A stretch of DNA of 63,512 nucleotides, the filler included, from Sphacelaria rigidula (lineage: Eukaryota): the NCBI GenBank assembly GCA_964200075.2. It is 6 parts of 6 records of this genome, joined end to end, with 100 filler letters (N's around TTAATTAATTAA, not from the genome) between each part and the next. Parts side by side here need not be neighbours in the genome. Positions count along the whole stretch, not along the records: positions 21,206 to 31,707 come from CAXNAA020006379.1; positions 31,808 to 42,309 come from CAXNAA020006380.1; 4 more parts are not named here. One strand, 5' to 3'. Below the pieces are notes generated by a model. The model saw only the letters and a list, made by a program, of their open reading frames with translations, was not told where the DNA came from and made no database searches. This document shows, in pieces, positions 27,101-38,752 of the stretch. The translations under genes were made by a program, and so were the position numbers. The stretch's first letter is position 1, and each line of letters begins with the position of its first letter.

Positions 27101-27680
27101 GTAGTCTCAACTATGGGACCCCGGAAAACCGGCGCGACGACTGCTGTCTTTGTAGGTGAATGTACCAAAATGCCTCACATCGCCAAGTGAAGCTTCATGC
27201 AGGATTTTTTCGCCAATTTCCTGCAGCGAACGAAATGGCGTCCTTGGCATGCCGGACATCGATGTTCACCTGTATTGCGGAGGTAGTCCCCACTGTATGG
27301 TTCCAGAACATCGACCCTGAGACCTTTCTTCTTTGAGCGTGAGTGCACCACTATGCCTCACATGGCCTGGTGAAGCTTTGTGGAAGATTTCACTGCCATT
27401 TTGTTCAACTGCCGGAGTGGGGTCGTTGACATGCCAAACGCTGGTGTGTACATTTTTTTTTCAAGTAACCTCCACTATGGGACCCCAGAAAACCGACCCT
27501 ACTCACGTTTTGTGGATGCACGAATGTCCCTAACATGGCCCAATGAAGCTTCGTTGAACATTTCATTGCCAATTCCGTTCAACTGACGAAATGGGATCTT
27601 TGGCATCTCAAGCGACGGTGCAAACCCGATTTTTCGAAGTAGTCTCCATTCTGGGACACCGGAAAACCGGCACTACGATA
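27101..27680. repeat. Diverged tandem repeat, ~180-bp unit, about 3.2 copies
   Basis: GTAGTCTCCACTATGGGACCCCGGAAAACCG-like motif at ~27101, 27283, 27464 and 27639, with TGAAGCTT at a matching offset in the three full units. Confidence 0.8.
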
Positions 27681-27840
27681 TTTATTTTCAGTGCCACACA
27701 AAAATTTCGTGGCAAAAATCGATGAACTTATGCTTGAACATTCATGTTCACGTCAAAAAAGGCCCAAAAACGCTATTTTGATACTACCATCAAGTAGTTT
27801 ACGGTTTCACCGCGGGACCGCAAAGTTCATCGCACAAATG

Positions 27841-28126
27841 CCGAAGACCTCACGCCGTTTTAAGGATTTAGGTCCTGAAATTCTGTATGCCTGTGCTATG
27901 GGTCATTACGCAACTTTGGATGAACGAGTTTTTTTTTCTTTCTATTATTTACCGCTACGGGGGTTCGACTGGATCGTAGTTTCCCCGAAAAACTGGGACC
28001 CTCGAAAAACGGTGAAGCAAGTCAGAAAGTAGAAGAACCTCGACCGTCGAAAGTTGCGTAATGACCCATAGAGCATCTGTGCAAACTTTCAGGGTCCAAC
28101 TCCTTGAAACGGCGTGAGGTTTTGCC
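27841..28126. mobile_element. Foldback MITE
   Basis: ACCTCACGCCGTTT...TATGGGTCATTACGCAACTTT mirrored by AAAGTTGCGTAATGACCCATA...AAACGGCGTGAGGT. Confidence 0.8.
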
Positions 28127-29635
28127 GATGGGTGTTTTTTGGGTGATGAACGTCGACCAGCTCGTTATAGATCCGTCCTACAAAGCGGGACGCAGCACGC
28201 CGGGTTTTCGCTGGACCGGGCTACAGGGCGTGGGTGGGGAGGTACTGTATTCAACACTCCGTGTACGTCAGCCCTTGGTCCACGAAGCAGTGGGCATGTT
28301 TTCTGCAAAAGCCCGCGCGTTAAAAAATTCCAAGGTCAAGGTCACGCGTCTTGATATACTTTGTTCCCGTCATCCCTCACGCACATGTATACTTCGTGGC
28401 TACAACGTCATGCTCCGCAGCGCTTGCAAACGCTACAGGATCCGGACGTGGTTTCTGTCTGCCATGTGTTTGACGTCTAAGTTTACTGGAGGTTGTTGGG
28501 ACATGCTTGCAGTGCGGGCGGTAGACAACGACTTGAGCTAAGCCAGAAACTACCACGTATGTGTTTTGTAACTCAATTTCAGAACAGTTCCGCACAGTTT
28601 CACATCTCACGTATTTTTGTGTCGTGTTGGAAGTATATTCTCCATACTGGATCTTACGACTAGATAATTTTCATGCAGAATCAGCACTACTCGACGCTAT
28701 CTCGGCCTTGTGTACATATGTAGCCGGTTCTCCTCGAGCTACTCTCCGCTTAGTATAATTTCGAGGAAAACTTGGTTCGCTGCTACTGCACCCCCTGGAA
28801 TATAATGTGAGAGCCCTTGCATCCAGTCGTCGTGTGGAATACTCACTCAAGTCACCCGCGGCAAGAAGAGCACCGCAGACGGGGTTGAGAGAAGGTACAC
28901 TCACCTGCCAATGTGCAGTCACCGCGCTCCGTGCTGGGGCAAAGAGACTTGATCAGCGCGAATCTGGGCAACCTTCCATGCGAGTGTCGTTTTGGTGGAT
29001 GGTGGCGTGTAATGGCAGTGGCGGAAAGTCACAACTGGGTCGTTTTTCGCAATTGTTTAGTGATCACTGGCGAATGAGATGCACATGATCATGTCGCTGA
29101 CGTCTTCGTTTGTGTATGTTTCCTGCTGTCGGGAGCGGACGCGCTCGTAACACCTTCACCGTGGTCACGAGAGCCGAGAGATGCCTTGCGGTCATCGTAG
29201 AAAGCACTTGGAAAACAAAAAAGAGCTTCCGACGCGCTGTGTGCGCGGTCTATTAAATTATTCGAGGATTTCAGAGAAATTCAAATTCCGTTTCACAACC
29301 AGAACGGGAGAACTTTAGAGTAGGAGCTTTCAAAAACTTGAGAATGAAGGGAGAAAACTTAAGGATTGAATCTCACGCGACGTGGCTTGACCTGGCGTCA
29401 TTGTTTGCGGTGAGAAGCTGCAGGTTGCCCCGCCAAATGTGCGATCGAACAACATCCGGTCCGAAAATGCATCGATTAGCACAGCGCTGCTCAGTAGCGA
29501 GTCTGTAGTACAGACAGTGAGCTTGTACTGTACAGTATTGTGCCGTACCCTGCGGCACCGTACCGTATACTATGCCTCACTGGACGTGCACCACTTCACT
29601 GCACTACATACAGTGCCCTGAAGTGCTGTGCATTA

Positions 29636-29700
29636 TACAGTACAGTACAGTACAGTACAGTACAGTACAGTACAGTACAGTACAGTACAGTACAGTACAG
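29636..29700. repeat. (TACAG)13 microsatellite
   Basis: Perfect pentamer array with degenerate flanks. Confidence 0.97.
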
Positions 29701-30481
29701 CGCATTACACTTCAATGTAGGACCCTGCAGTACACTACGGTACGGTGAAGCACAGGGTACATACAGCACGGCAGCACTCCCCAAGGACGGACAAAGCCGC
29801 ATTGCGAGGATTTTGCAACATGGCACCCATAACGGTGATACAAGGCCTCTAACGAAACGGCAGTGCAGCCAGGTGCAGCACGGCTTGTGCCCTGTAGATT
29901 ACGAATAGTTCACACCGTCTTCTTCCAGCTGGGGCTGGCAATAGTGGACAGCTGTACCCGAGGCAACGTCTTGTGCACGCCGAGCATTCAAATTTCACGC
30001 AGCACAACCAAGCGAATGCTGATACGATGCGGCAGGGAGGCCCCCTATCTGCGATACCTAGCGTTGCTACGTCGTAACTGGTCCACTATGAGAAGCATGG
30101 CAGTTGCGATTGATGTCCCACTTTGCTTGCTAGGGTATATTGATTGTGAGCTGACTTTGACGGTGGGGGTGGGGGTGGAGGTGGTTCCTTCTCGTTCCGT
30201 GGTGAAGGCTGAAGGCACACCGGATTTCAGTATGGAGTACTCCCAAAGAGGGCTTCGATCCTGAATAATTGATGCTGAATTTTTCTGCAGTGTGAAAATT
30301 TGTAGCGTTACCGGCTTTCCCCCCTCGTGTTCTGATCCTGAAGCTTCGAAAAACATTTTTCGAAGCTCTCTTTTGTTGATGTCTTGAGGTTGTCCAAATT
30401 TTCTATTTCGCTGGGAAAAAGGAAGGCTGCTTGGACTCACCCTACCTCGGCCCTCATACCACCTGACGTCGCATTGACCAG

Positions 30482-30991
30482 GTCCTCCACGACGAGGAAA
30501 AGCGAAAAATATACGATACATACGGAAAAGAAGGTCTCTTTGCCTCCGCCAACGGCGCGGGCGGTGGTGGAGGAGGCATGGGCGGCAGGGGCTTCAGAGG
30601 GCCGGGTGGTACCCCGGATTTCTTCGGCGGTTCTCGAAGTGGAGGAAATGGATCGCCTTTTTTCACATTCGCAAGGGGTGATGGCCGTAGCGCGCGGCGA
30701 CGAAGGGATGACAGTCGAAGCGGCGCAGGTTTCGGTGGCTTCACCGACCCGATGGAGTTGTTCGAAGATTTGTTCGGTGGTGGGGGCAGAGGTCGAGGTG
30801 TTGGGTCGTCGGGTCTCTTTGGCGATCTGTTCGGGTCTCCTTCATTTGATGATTTGCCGGGTATGCATGGTATGGGAGGCGGGCGGGGCGGGGCGGCGCG
30901 GAGGAGAACGAGGAGTGCGGTCCCTCCGCTGAAGAAAGAATTTGCTTGTTCGTTAAAGGAGTTGTACGAAGGATGTGTCAAGAAGATCAAG
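30482..30991 (+). CDS. Class II (DNAJB/Sis1-like) Hsp40 co-chaperone, internal exon
   Basis: VLHDEEKRKIYDTYGKEGL (end of J domain), G/F-rich region with FTDPMELFEDLFG, and CSLKELYEGCVKKIK; donor AAG|GTAAGA (alternative at 31003). Confidence 0.92.
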
Positions 30992-31562
30992 GTAAGACGC
31001 AAGGTGTCCCTGCGGTGTTTGTGCTGAATTATCGCTTTGATGACTTGAAGAATGCCGAGTGAATGCCGAACTCCCTTCAGTAATTTTCGTGATTTGGGTC
31101 GTGCATCCAGTCATGTTCGTCGAGGGACGAGCTGCGCATCACTTGCATAGATCCTCTTATTTCTGTCTATCTCCCACGGAAGACACACTTCAACATGATG
31201 CAGCCGACTGCATCGTGCATCGCTTCTTGTCTTGACACCCACAGTGATACCATACGCCATCAACTTGAACCCTTTTTCAAGTACATGTTTTCGTTCTTAC
31301 ACATCCGAAAATCGGGAATTTAACAGCGGTGAGTACGCTGCAACTTGCGGCTGAACCTTGTTCGAGATTCAAGATTTGGTGTTCGGGGCTTGTCCACCTC
31401 TGCACTCGTGTCGGGTGCCTGGATATTATGAGCACATCAAAAATATACTCCCTTTGCTGACATTTTCACGTTCTAGGGTATACCTTGGCTGAGATATGCA
31501 ATCTGGGGTGGGCGATGTGTGTGTTTGAATAGCTTGGTACCGTGTTGAACCAAAACTGGTAG

Positions 31563-31707
31563 ACCGGTCGCCCCGGTGGCTCAGTTGGTACCCTCGTAAC
31601 CCTCTGATGGTTGAGTAGTGGGGTTCGATTCCCGGAGCGATCTGGGATCTTTTCTCACACCACGCCCAACAGGGGAGAGCGACTATGTCGCGGGTACACA
31701 AAATTCG
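31563..31707 (+). mobile_element. SINE family 1, 5' head (cut by contig end)
   Basis: GGTGGCTCAGTTGGTA ... GGTTCGATTCCCGGAGCGATCTGGGATC. Confidence 0.85.
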
Positions 31708-31807
31708 NNNNNNNNNNNNNNNNNNNNNNNNNNNNNNNNNNNNNNNNNNNNTTAATTAATTAANNNNNNNNNNNNNNNNNNNNNNNNNNNNNNNNNNNNN
31801 NNNNNNN
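31708..31807. other. Artificial contig spacer
   Basis: N-TTAATTAATTAA-N, 100 bp. Confidence 0.98.
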
Positions 31808-32029
31808 GACATCGCGTTTTTTTTTTTTTTTTAGCCATATTTTTGTCCACAGGCCCTTCTCGAAACTCCAATCCAAGCGAATCTGAAACGTGGGCTAGAC
31901 TCCTCTCGGTGGAGCGTTGAAAACTAATCGTCCAAAATGTGTGATGGTGACATTGCCTGTCTGGGGGACAAAACCCGCGTCCAATGTAGATGTACCGAAA
32001 GCGGAAAATACGACCTACCAACAATACGA

Positions 32030-32250
32030 ACCACAAGAAACGGTCTGAAGGTCTATGATGTATTCCGTTAGTCCGACGGAACACCTGTGTAGCTTGGGAC
32101 ATAAATCACGACTACGAAATAACAATACCAGTGCTGAGCAGTCAGTGAACAGCTGAAACCTCCGACCAGGTATGTACGGTCTGAAGCGTTGGACTCCCCA
32201 CCGTACGGCCATAATTCACGATTTTGTTGCCGTTGCCATGATGGTGATCG
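32030..32250 (-). pseudogene. Ty3/Gypsy RT-RNase H relic
   Basis: ELMAVRWGVQRFRPYIPGRRFQLFTDCSALVLLFRSRDLCPKLHR...LTEY matches the Gypsy RNase H pattern ELLAVVWA...F..YL.GR.F.L.TDH.AL. Confidence 0.85.
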
Positions 32251-32399
32251 AGCTGGATCATTTTGTGCGGGGTGGAGAACCCGAACTCCTCACGAAGGGA
32301 ATGATCGTATTACGAAGTGTTTAAATGGTGAGACACCCATGAGGCAGTGTGGGACCCGTGGCTGACTCCGTAAATGGCAGCACCAGAGAATGAGGCAAC

Positions 32400-32635
32400 T
32401 CATTCGGGGCTGTCATCCAAATGTAAAATATTCAGTACGCCTCGGGCCGAACAGTCTTAGCAGAATGCAGCTCACCCTTCATGCGAGTCGCCAAACACAT
32501 CACGGTGCTTCGCGCTCAGTGATTGATTGCGAGTCCGGTCCGGCGAAACCCTACCATGCTCCATCCCGGCTTCGTAGGGATGCGAGGTAAATGGTCATAT
32601 GACTACGGCATGCGAGATCACGAGTACACCGCCCA
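32400..32635 (-). repeat. Unclassified dispersed repeat
   Basis: Homologous to ~51440-51675 (+): CGTAGTCATATGACCATT, GGGTTTCGCCGGACC, TCGCATGAAGGGTGA. Confidence 0.75.
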
Positions 32636-32657
32636 CAACACTCCGCACGATTCTCAC

Positions 32658-32839
32658 CTGGCCCGCTTGGCGCCCTTCTTCCAGTCCTCGATCTGCTCCA
32701 AACCCTCCTTCTTTCGCTTCGATTTTTCCGCTATCTTGTTGCTCGAAAGCTCCTTCGCATACTTGCGCTGCTCCGTCCGGGCCTTTCTCTTTTCGAACGC
32801 GTCCATCTTCTGCTGCTCGAAAATAAGCTTGTCTTTGAT
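32658..32839 (-). CDS. EBP2: rRNA-processing protein EBP2, fourth visible exon
   Basis: IKDKLIFEQQKMDAFEKRKARTEQRKYAKELSSNKIAEKSKRKKEGLEQIEDWKK; TAG acceptor, AG|GTGAGA donor. Confidence 0.9.
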
Positions 32840-33101
32840 CTAGCAGGAACAATACATATTTTCAATTAAATGCAGCGGTACATTCCAGAGGATTTGTTAC
32901 ATATGGTCGGTGGGGGACGTTCCTGAGCCGTGGTCAATTTTTCTTCTCTCTCTCGAGCAGTCAGGCCTCAGCAATCGTGAATTTGGCGATTCGAACCAGC
33001 GATGATTCGTCCGATCTTGCATGCTTTTGCAAAATCGATTTGCGATTTGAATATTGCCGTTCTCCAATCGATGCACATTTCCCGCAAGACATTATCCACA
33101 C

Positions 33102-33237
33102 CTTGTCCATGTGCGCGTCCGGCTTCACCATTTCGCAAAGGAAGTCATCCGGTCGTTTGTACGCGACACCCGCCGTGGCTAGCAGCTGCCGACCTCGCTT
33201 TACAGCCTCCAACGTATGGTTGTAGAAACAAACTTCC
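33102..33237 (-). CDS. EBP2: EBP2, third visible exon
   Basis: EVCFYNHTLEAVKRGRQLLATAGVAYKRPDDFLCEMVKPDAHMDK, the Ebp2 signature RP.D.FAEM.K.D.HM. Confidence 0.93.
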
Positions 33238-34351
33238 CTGTAGTGAACGAGAGTATATTCCCCATGGAATGAAACGAATGAAACGAATGAAGCAAAAACA
33301 ACAACAACAACAACAACAACCACCACCACCACAACACAGGGAAATGATGTACGTGTAAATGAACGTAAATGGCCGAATCACTGAAGGATAAAAAAAATAT
33401 ATCCATGATATATTTACAGTAATCAACACTTTGAATGTGGGTGGATGAATGTGGGATTCACGTAATCGGGGTTTTCTTCGCAGATGACACGTCACACTTC
33501 ACTCGAAAGTTTGAAAGTCGATAGGCGTTGGGAAAAAAAAAAAAAATCAGGGCACTCTTCACACTTTTGGGTTGTCGGAACAATATGGAGTGAAACTCTG
33601 TTTATCCAGGGGGTGTTACTCACAGTATAGGATACAAAACACTGTTTATCGGGTGTAGCATGACGAATATCGAGAAGGACAAGAACTGAACCATAGAATT
33701 GTTCATGACAGCCTTTCGAATCGATTCGGCCGAGCGAAAATATTAAAGGGCGTGCTCCGGAGGCGGTTCATTCGATCGGCTATCCCGTAACTCGTTTAGT
33801 ATTGCGTTCCCCTCGTACCAAAAAACAACGAAAACAACGAAAACAAAAACCACCCCTCCCACTTCAAATTCATGACCTTACTTGGCCGTGGCGAACATAA
33901 AGAAAACACCGAAATTTGTGTCGGGTATTCATGTGTTTCGATTCTCAAAGATCGGGATCAAACAGAAACCGTGATGGATCGGGGCAAACCGAAAAAAACT
34001 GAAACAATCGCCTTTTCAATCGTGTTTTTTTACAAATCGTTAAATATACATATACGTATGTACATATGGGCCGAAGCGGGAAAACAGGCAAGAAAGACGA
34101 CTCAAACAAGATGACCGACAGAACTCGGGGCAAACCGTACGGCACGGGCGCCTTGACTTGGTGTAGAACCAAAATCTCGCTTCTCGTGGACGCAGGACAC
34201 CACCAAAAACGAACAGAACACAAAGAACAAGACAAGTCGAGAACGACGACAACTACACCAGCAAGGTGGATGTATTCCGGTGCAGTATTTTCGATTGGCC
34301 CCCTTGCGCTCCGCAGGTACGCTTCCCTACCCTCTTCGACGAGGTGAAAAA

Positions 34352-34383
<32 letters not shown>

Positions 34384-34625
34384 CATCCCGTCTATCCTGG
34401 ACGTCAGTCTACACCTTTCGATACATGTGGGCGCATCAGCCGGGGTCACACAGGAGGAGGGTTAACACAGGAGTTTTTTCTCCTTCTGCTTTGCTTCAGT
34501 ACCCCCACCTTCCTTTTGTGGTGCTTGCCCTTTTTTTATCGCAGGGGAGGGGGGTTCAGCAGTCCCTTTCCCTCATCGACCGTGAAGTCAACTATTGTGT
34601 ACCCACGACACAGTCGCTCTCCATG
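34352..34625 (-). mobile_element. SINE family 1, lacking the head, with a (CA)n tail
   Basis: Same body as 40776-41131. Confidence 0.88.
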
Positions 34626-35396
34626 AAATCCATCATATATTCCACCTCATGATAGGTGTATATTTTTGAAGTAGGTAAACGTCGGGGCGCATGCGGATTA
34701 TAGAGGATCATCTACTGAAATGCTCTTTGACTGATCGTCGCAGTTGAACTGATGCCTTGGGGATTTAGCCTTTTCATTATCCACATGGTAGACGTGAGCG
34801 AGATAAAAAAAAGACATTGAAAACAGTCGCTGAAGATACGTGAGGGAAATGGAAATCTAGAACAGAGTAGAGACTAAGAAAATAAAATAAGAGAATAAGA
34901 AAAAAAGAGACGAATCAGGAGGAAACAAGCACATATAAAAAAATTATGTAATTGGCCGGCCTCTGCCCCATGGCTTTGGTCGAAACGATCTTGCGCAAAA
35001 GAGACATCCTACGGTAGGGGGGGAGGGGGGGGGGTATTTTGGGTCATTTCTTGAACGAAATTCCGAGCCAACTCGTCGTTAAAAGCAGCAACGGTTGCTC
35101 GAACAAGCTTCTTATAAATACGTGACGCTCATTAATGTCGACTGACATCGTTTTGAACCAAATACAAGGGCATCGCGTGTGTGGCAGGTCGTCTGACACA
35201 CTTATAAGCCTTTTCTTTCGTGCAATCAAATACATCCCCCCCCCGTATGGTAGGATGACTCGAAACCATAACTCACTGCGCAATACTCGGGTTCTTGCCA
35301 CGAACGGCAACAGCAAATGAACACTACAACACAGCAAGTTCAACATTGTACACGATAGACAGCTCTCAAGCTTCCTCAACATATTACTTTTTATTA

Positions 35397-35605
35397 GAAG
35401 TATCTCAAACTCGGTTCCCGGTTTCCTGGTTTGCTTTGCTCTAGTTTTTCAAGTGAAAGTGATGGCGATTCATCAGATGATGAGACCCTTTGACCGCCAG
35501 GTCAGGTCTTCCTGTGAATCGCCATCACCTTCACCTGAAAAAAAAGTACAAAACCCAAAACCAGCGAATAAACCAGGAAACCGGGAACCGAGTTTGAGAT
35601 ACGTC
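35397..35605. mobile_element. Foldback MITE
   Basis: GTATCTCAAACTCGGTTCCCGGTTTCCTGGTTT and its perfect inverse; TATTA on both flanks (TA or 5-bp TSD). Confidence 0.85.
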
Positions 35606-37251
35606 TATTAGTGCGCAGATCCAGATCATGAGCTTGCTCATTTGGTCCCCTTTTTCTACCTTTGCTCAGTACAGCGCTGGACGCCGGGCACGCGAAGCAT
35701 CGCGCAGCGCAAAGATAGCGCCTCAACTTTTCGACCCCTGCTGTCACGTATTTTGTGTTTTTGGAAGAAAGACCCGACAGTCCTCTTCCATTAGTTATGC
35801 TAGGTAGGTAGCTCATGAAGTGTTCCGACGTGCGCAAAATTGCGTTTTCAGGGCGATCGGACGTGACGGCACGGGAATGGGGATAGTCAAATTTCAAAGA
35901 AGTTTGAATTTCTTCGCGCACGGTAGCGGAATGCGCAGGAGGCCGGATTTCATCTCATGCTAGGGTAACGAACTTCCCTGTTGAGACAAATCAGCTATCG
36001 ATTCATGCAGGAATAGAGCTTGGCTGATTATGATTGGTACATTGAATTGTCGCGTTTCGGCTGAACCCTCAGGGATCCACCCGTGGTCACATGATAGACG
36101 CACCCGAGATGGAAAAAAACAAGAACAAAATGGAAACACTCGCTGAGAAAAAAGTGAAGGAAAAACAAAAAGGTACAACACAGACGGAGCAGACTGTTGT
36201 AGTAGTATATTCGGGATGATGATTGGGGGTATGTTTCAAATCAGTAGACCGGAAGAAATGTTCGTCCACAATGGTTGACAGGGACGACAGTTTGATTCTA
36301 GAGCTGAGAAAGTTCTGAAAAAAAATATGGTTTGGGACAAGTGAGCAGTGGACCCGGCTTGTCCAGAACGTGCTTTTGTCGAAATCGGCGCCTGCGGCGT
36401 CGATTCGAGGTCTACCAACGCACATTTTGCCAATAATAGGGGAATCTATGCACCCCCCTTGCCCGAGGTTCTTGTGCGCCTTGCGTCAGGGTTAGGGTTA
36501 CGGTTGGTGTTAGTGTTAGGCAACCAGGGAGACGCAATATTCAGGGACGGTACAGACAGAGGGGACAACTAGAGAGGAAGGGGCGGACATAGGAAGTGAA
36601 AAGAAGAGATGGAACAGACTCGGCAGAACAGTCAGGCCAGGGAAAGTCCAGATACACACCCCATCAGGAATGGGAGAGATAGATATAGAGAGCGAGAAAG
36701 AGACAGACAAAGTTCTGTCACATTTCACGAAGTTTCCCATCGACCATTGTGTGCGTACATTTCTTTAGGTCCTCTCTTTCGAACCGGATTCCGGCCTTCG
36801 GCGAGAGGATGAACCGTCTGTCCGGCCACCCGCATCCGATCTTTCTGAATATGATGTTTTCATCCGCGGCATAAAAAAAGAAGGAGGACCATGACACCTC
36901 GAGCGTGTTTTGATCTTTTCCGCATGTCACGCTGTCTCAACTGTACTACACACCCTGGACAAAAGATTATATTGCACCAAAAATGCACTGCGTACAGTAT
37001 GGAATCTATTGTCTATTGCAATCGGCGCAATAGTCGATACTGTACGCAGTACACTTTTTGACTGTGTATTCGTTTGTCCAGGGTGTGCTGTACTACTTTT
37101 TTTTCAACTGTCCTCTGTGTTGCTGCCGCAGCTGCTGCTACTTTATGCCAGATGTTACATGTTATTTTTCTTCCATGAATACGGCATTTCAATTATTTTT
37201 CGGAGTTGGAATTGGCATCATTTCAACGGTCGCTGAGTAAATAGGACTCGC

Positions 37252-37364
37252 CTTTTGAGGTCGTCGTGCACGTCCTCCAGCTCAAGCGGGAACTCACAAA
37301 CGGTGAGAGTCTCTGGCCACGGAATTTTCCTGGACATTTCTTCAGCTTTTTGCAGTAATCCCGC
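37252..37364 (-). CDS. EBP2: EBP2, second visible exon (GC donor)
   Basis: AGLLQKAEEMSRKIPWPETLTVCEFPLELEDVHDDLK(R); joins the next exon as DDLKREVCFY. Confidence 0.9.
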
Positions 37365-37476
37365 CTGTTGTTGTACCGAGAGGAGTGTGGAGAAATACAA
37401 GGGATCATGGAATGAGTACGGAAAACAGTAGTCCAACCACATTATCGAGAATGCCTCGAGCATCACGGTGGCGTAC

Positions 37477-38749
37477 TCGGACACATGGTAAAGCTTCACA
37501 CGTAGCACATCTCATGAGCTAGCTCATCTGCGGGCCGTAGCTCGCTAGTAGTTAAGCATGTACATGTGAGCTACGTCCAATGCTTTGATTGAATGATTGA
37601 TTGATTGATTGTCGCACTTCAACTGACCCCCCAGGGGTCCAGCCGTGATCTCATGATAGACGTACTCAAGAAAAACGGAATTCAAACACGCTCTAGGGAA
37701 AAAAAACAAAAACAATAGGAACAGGAACAGGGAAAAAAAAGGAAAAGGAGGGGTCGAGCAGAACGACATAGCAGACCAAGTCGTGACAAAAAAAAGTAAT
37801 ACAAATTCGATAGCTCAACACAAGGTGAACGTGCGCTGATGAGCTACGGGTTGGTAGCTTACCCAGGACAAATATGAGCTGATGAGCTACGGGTTGGTAG
37901 CTGACATATCGCAAACGTGCGTAGCTCGTATAGATTCCGTAGCTCACTCAGGGCGAATATGAGCTGATGAGCTAGGGGTTGATAGCTTACGTACGGTAAA
38001 CATGTGCAGTTCATGTAGCTCTCACAGCTCACCCAGACAAAACATGCGTGGATGAGCTACGTCCGGTAGCTTACCCAAGGCAAACATGCGTAGCTCCCCC
38101 AGCTCACTCCGGAAAAACATGTGTGGCTCACGCACTTCTTACAGCTCACCCAGGGAAAACATGTGCGGATGAGCTACGCTCGATAGCTCACCCAAGGCAA
38201 ACATGTGCTTATGTGAGTAAGTGTAATTCCGTCTTCCACATCGATCGCCTGTTGCGAACGTTCCAGGTGCACGGCATCATTTCCGACTGAAGCGCGGCTG
38301 GAGCTGCTGTCCCCCACGGTGGCCATGCAAGGCGAATCGTGTGCTTCTGTGCTTGTGTGTGCTTGTGTGTGTATGTGGTGGCTATGATGCGGATGACTTC
38401 TGACGTAGCCATGTTGATTGTTGATGTTTACAAAAAGCAAATCCATCGCTACACGAAATGGAACAGGTGTGTGCACATCCAACCGTTGTTACGTACGTAC
38501 AATATCAACGTCCATGAGCATCGGAACAGAAACAACTCCAAGATCAGCGTAGCTCTCATAGCTCATCCAGGGCAACTATTCACAGCTCCCCTAGCTCTTA
38601 TAGCTCATCAAGGGCAAACATGTGTAGCTCATGTATCTCTCATAGATCATCCCAGGAGAAACATCCGTAGCTCATGCAGCTCCCATAGCTTACTAGGGAG
38701 CTACGCTAAGAAAAAGCTAGCTCGAGCTATAGGGAGCTGATGTGTCCGA
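37477..38749. mobile_element. Non-autonomous TIR element with many subterminal GAGCTA/TAGCTC motifs
   Basis: TCGGACACAT ... ATGTGTCCGA ends; ~42-bp internal subrepeats; nested CAAT-tail repeat; no clean TSD. Confidence 0.65.
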
Positions 38750-38752
38750 CGT

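Noticed and set aside
30384-31002. 182-aa ORFs overlapping DnaJ in another frame and on the opposite strand
   Set aside because: Shadow frames of the GC-rich DnaJ exon
36488-36520. Interstitial telomere (GGGTTA)n
   Set aside because: Only two perfect units, then degenerate
37836-37990. Hammerhead ribozymes (CTGATGA followed by a GCTAC/GTAGC stem, three times)
   Set aside because: The required GAAA after stem II is missing; these are subrepeats of the TIR element
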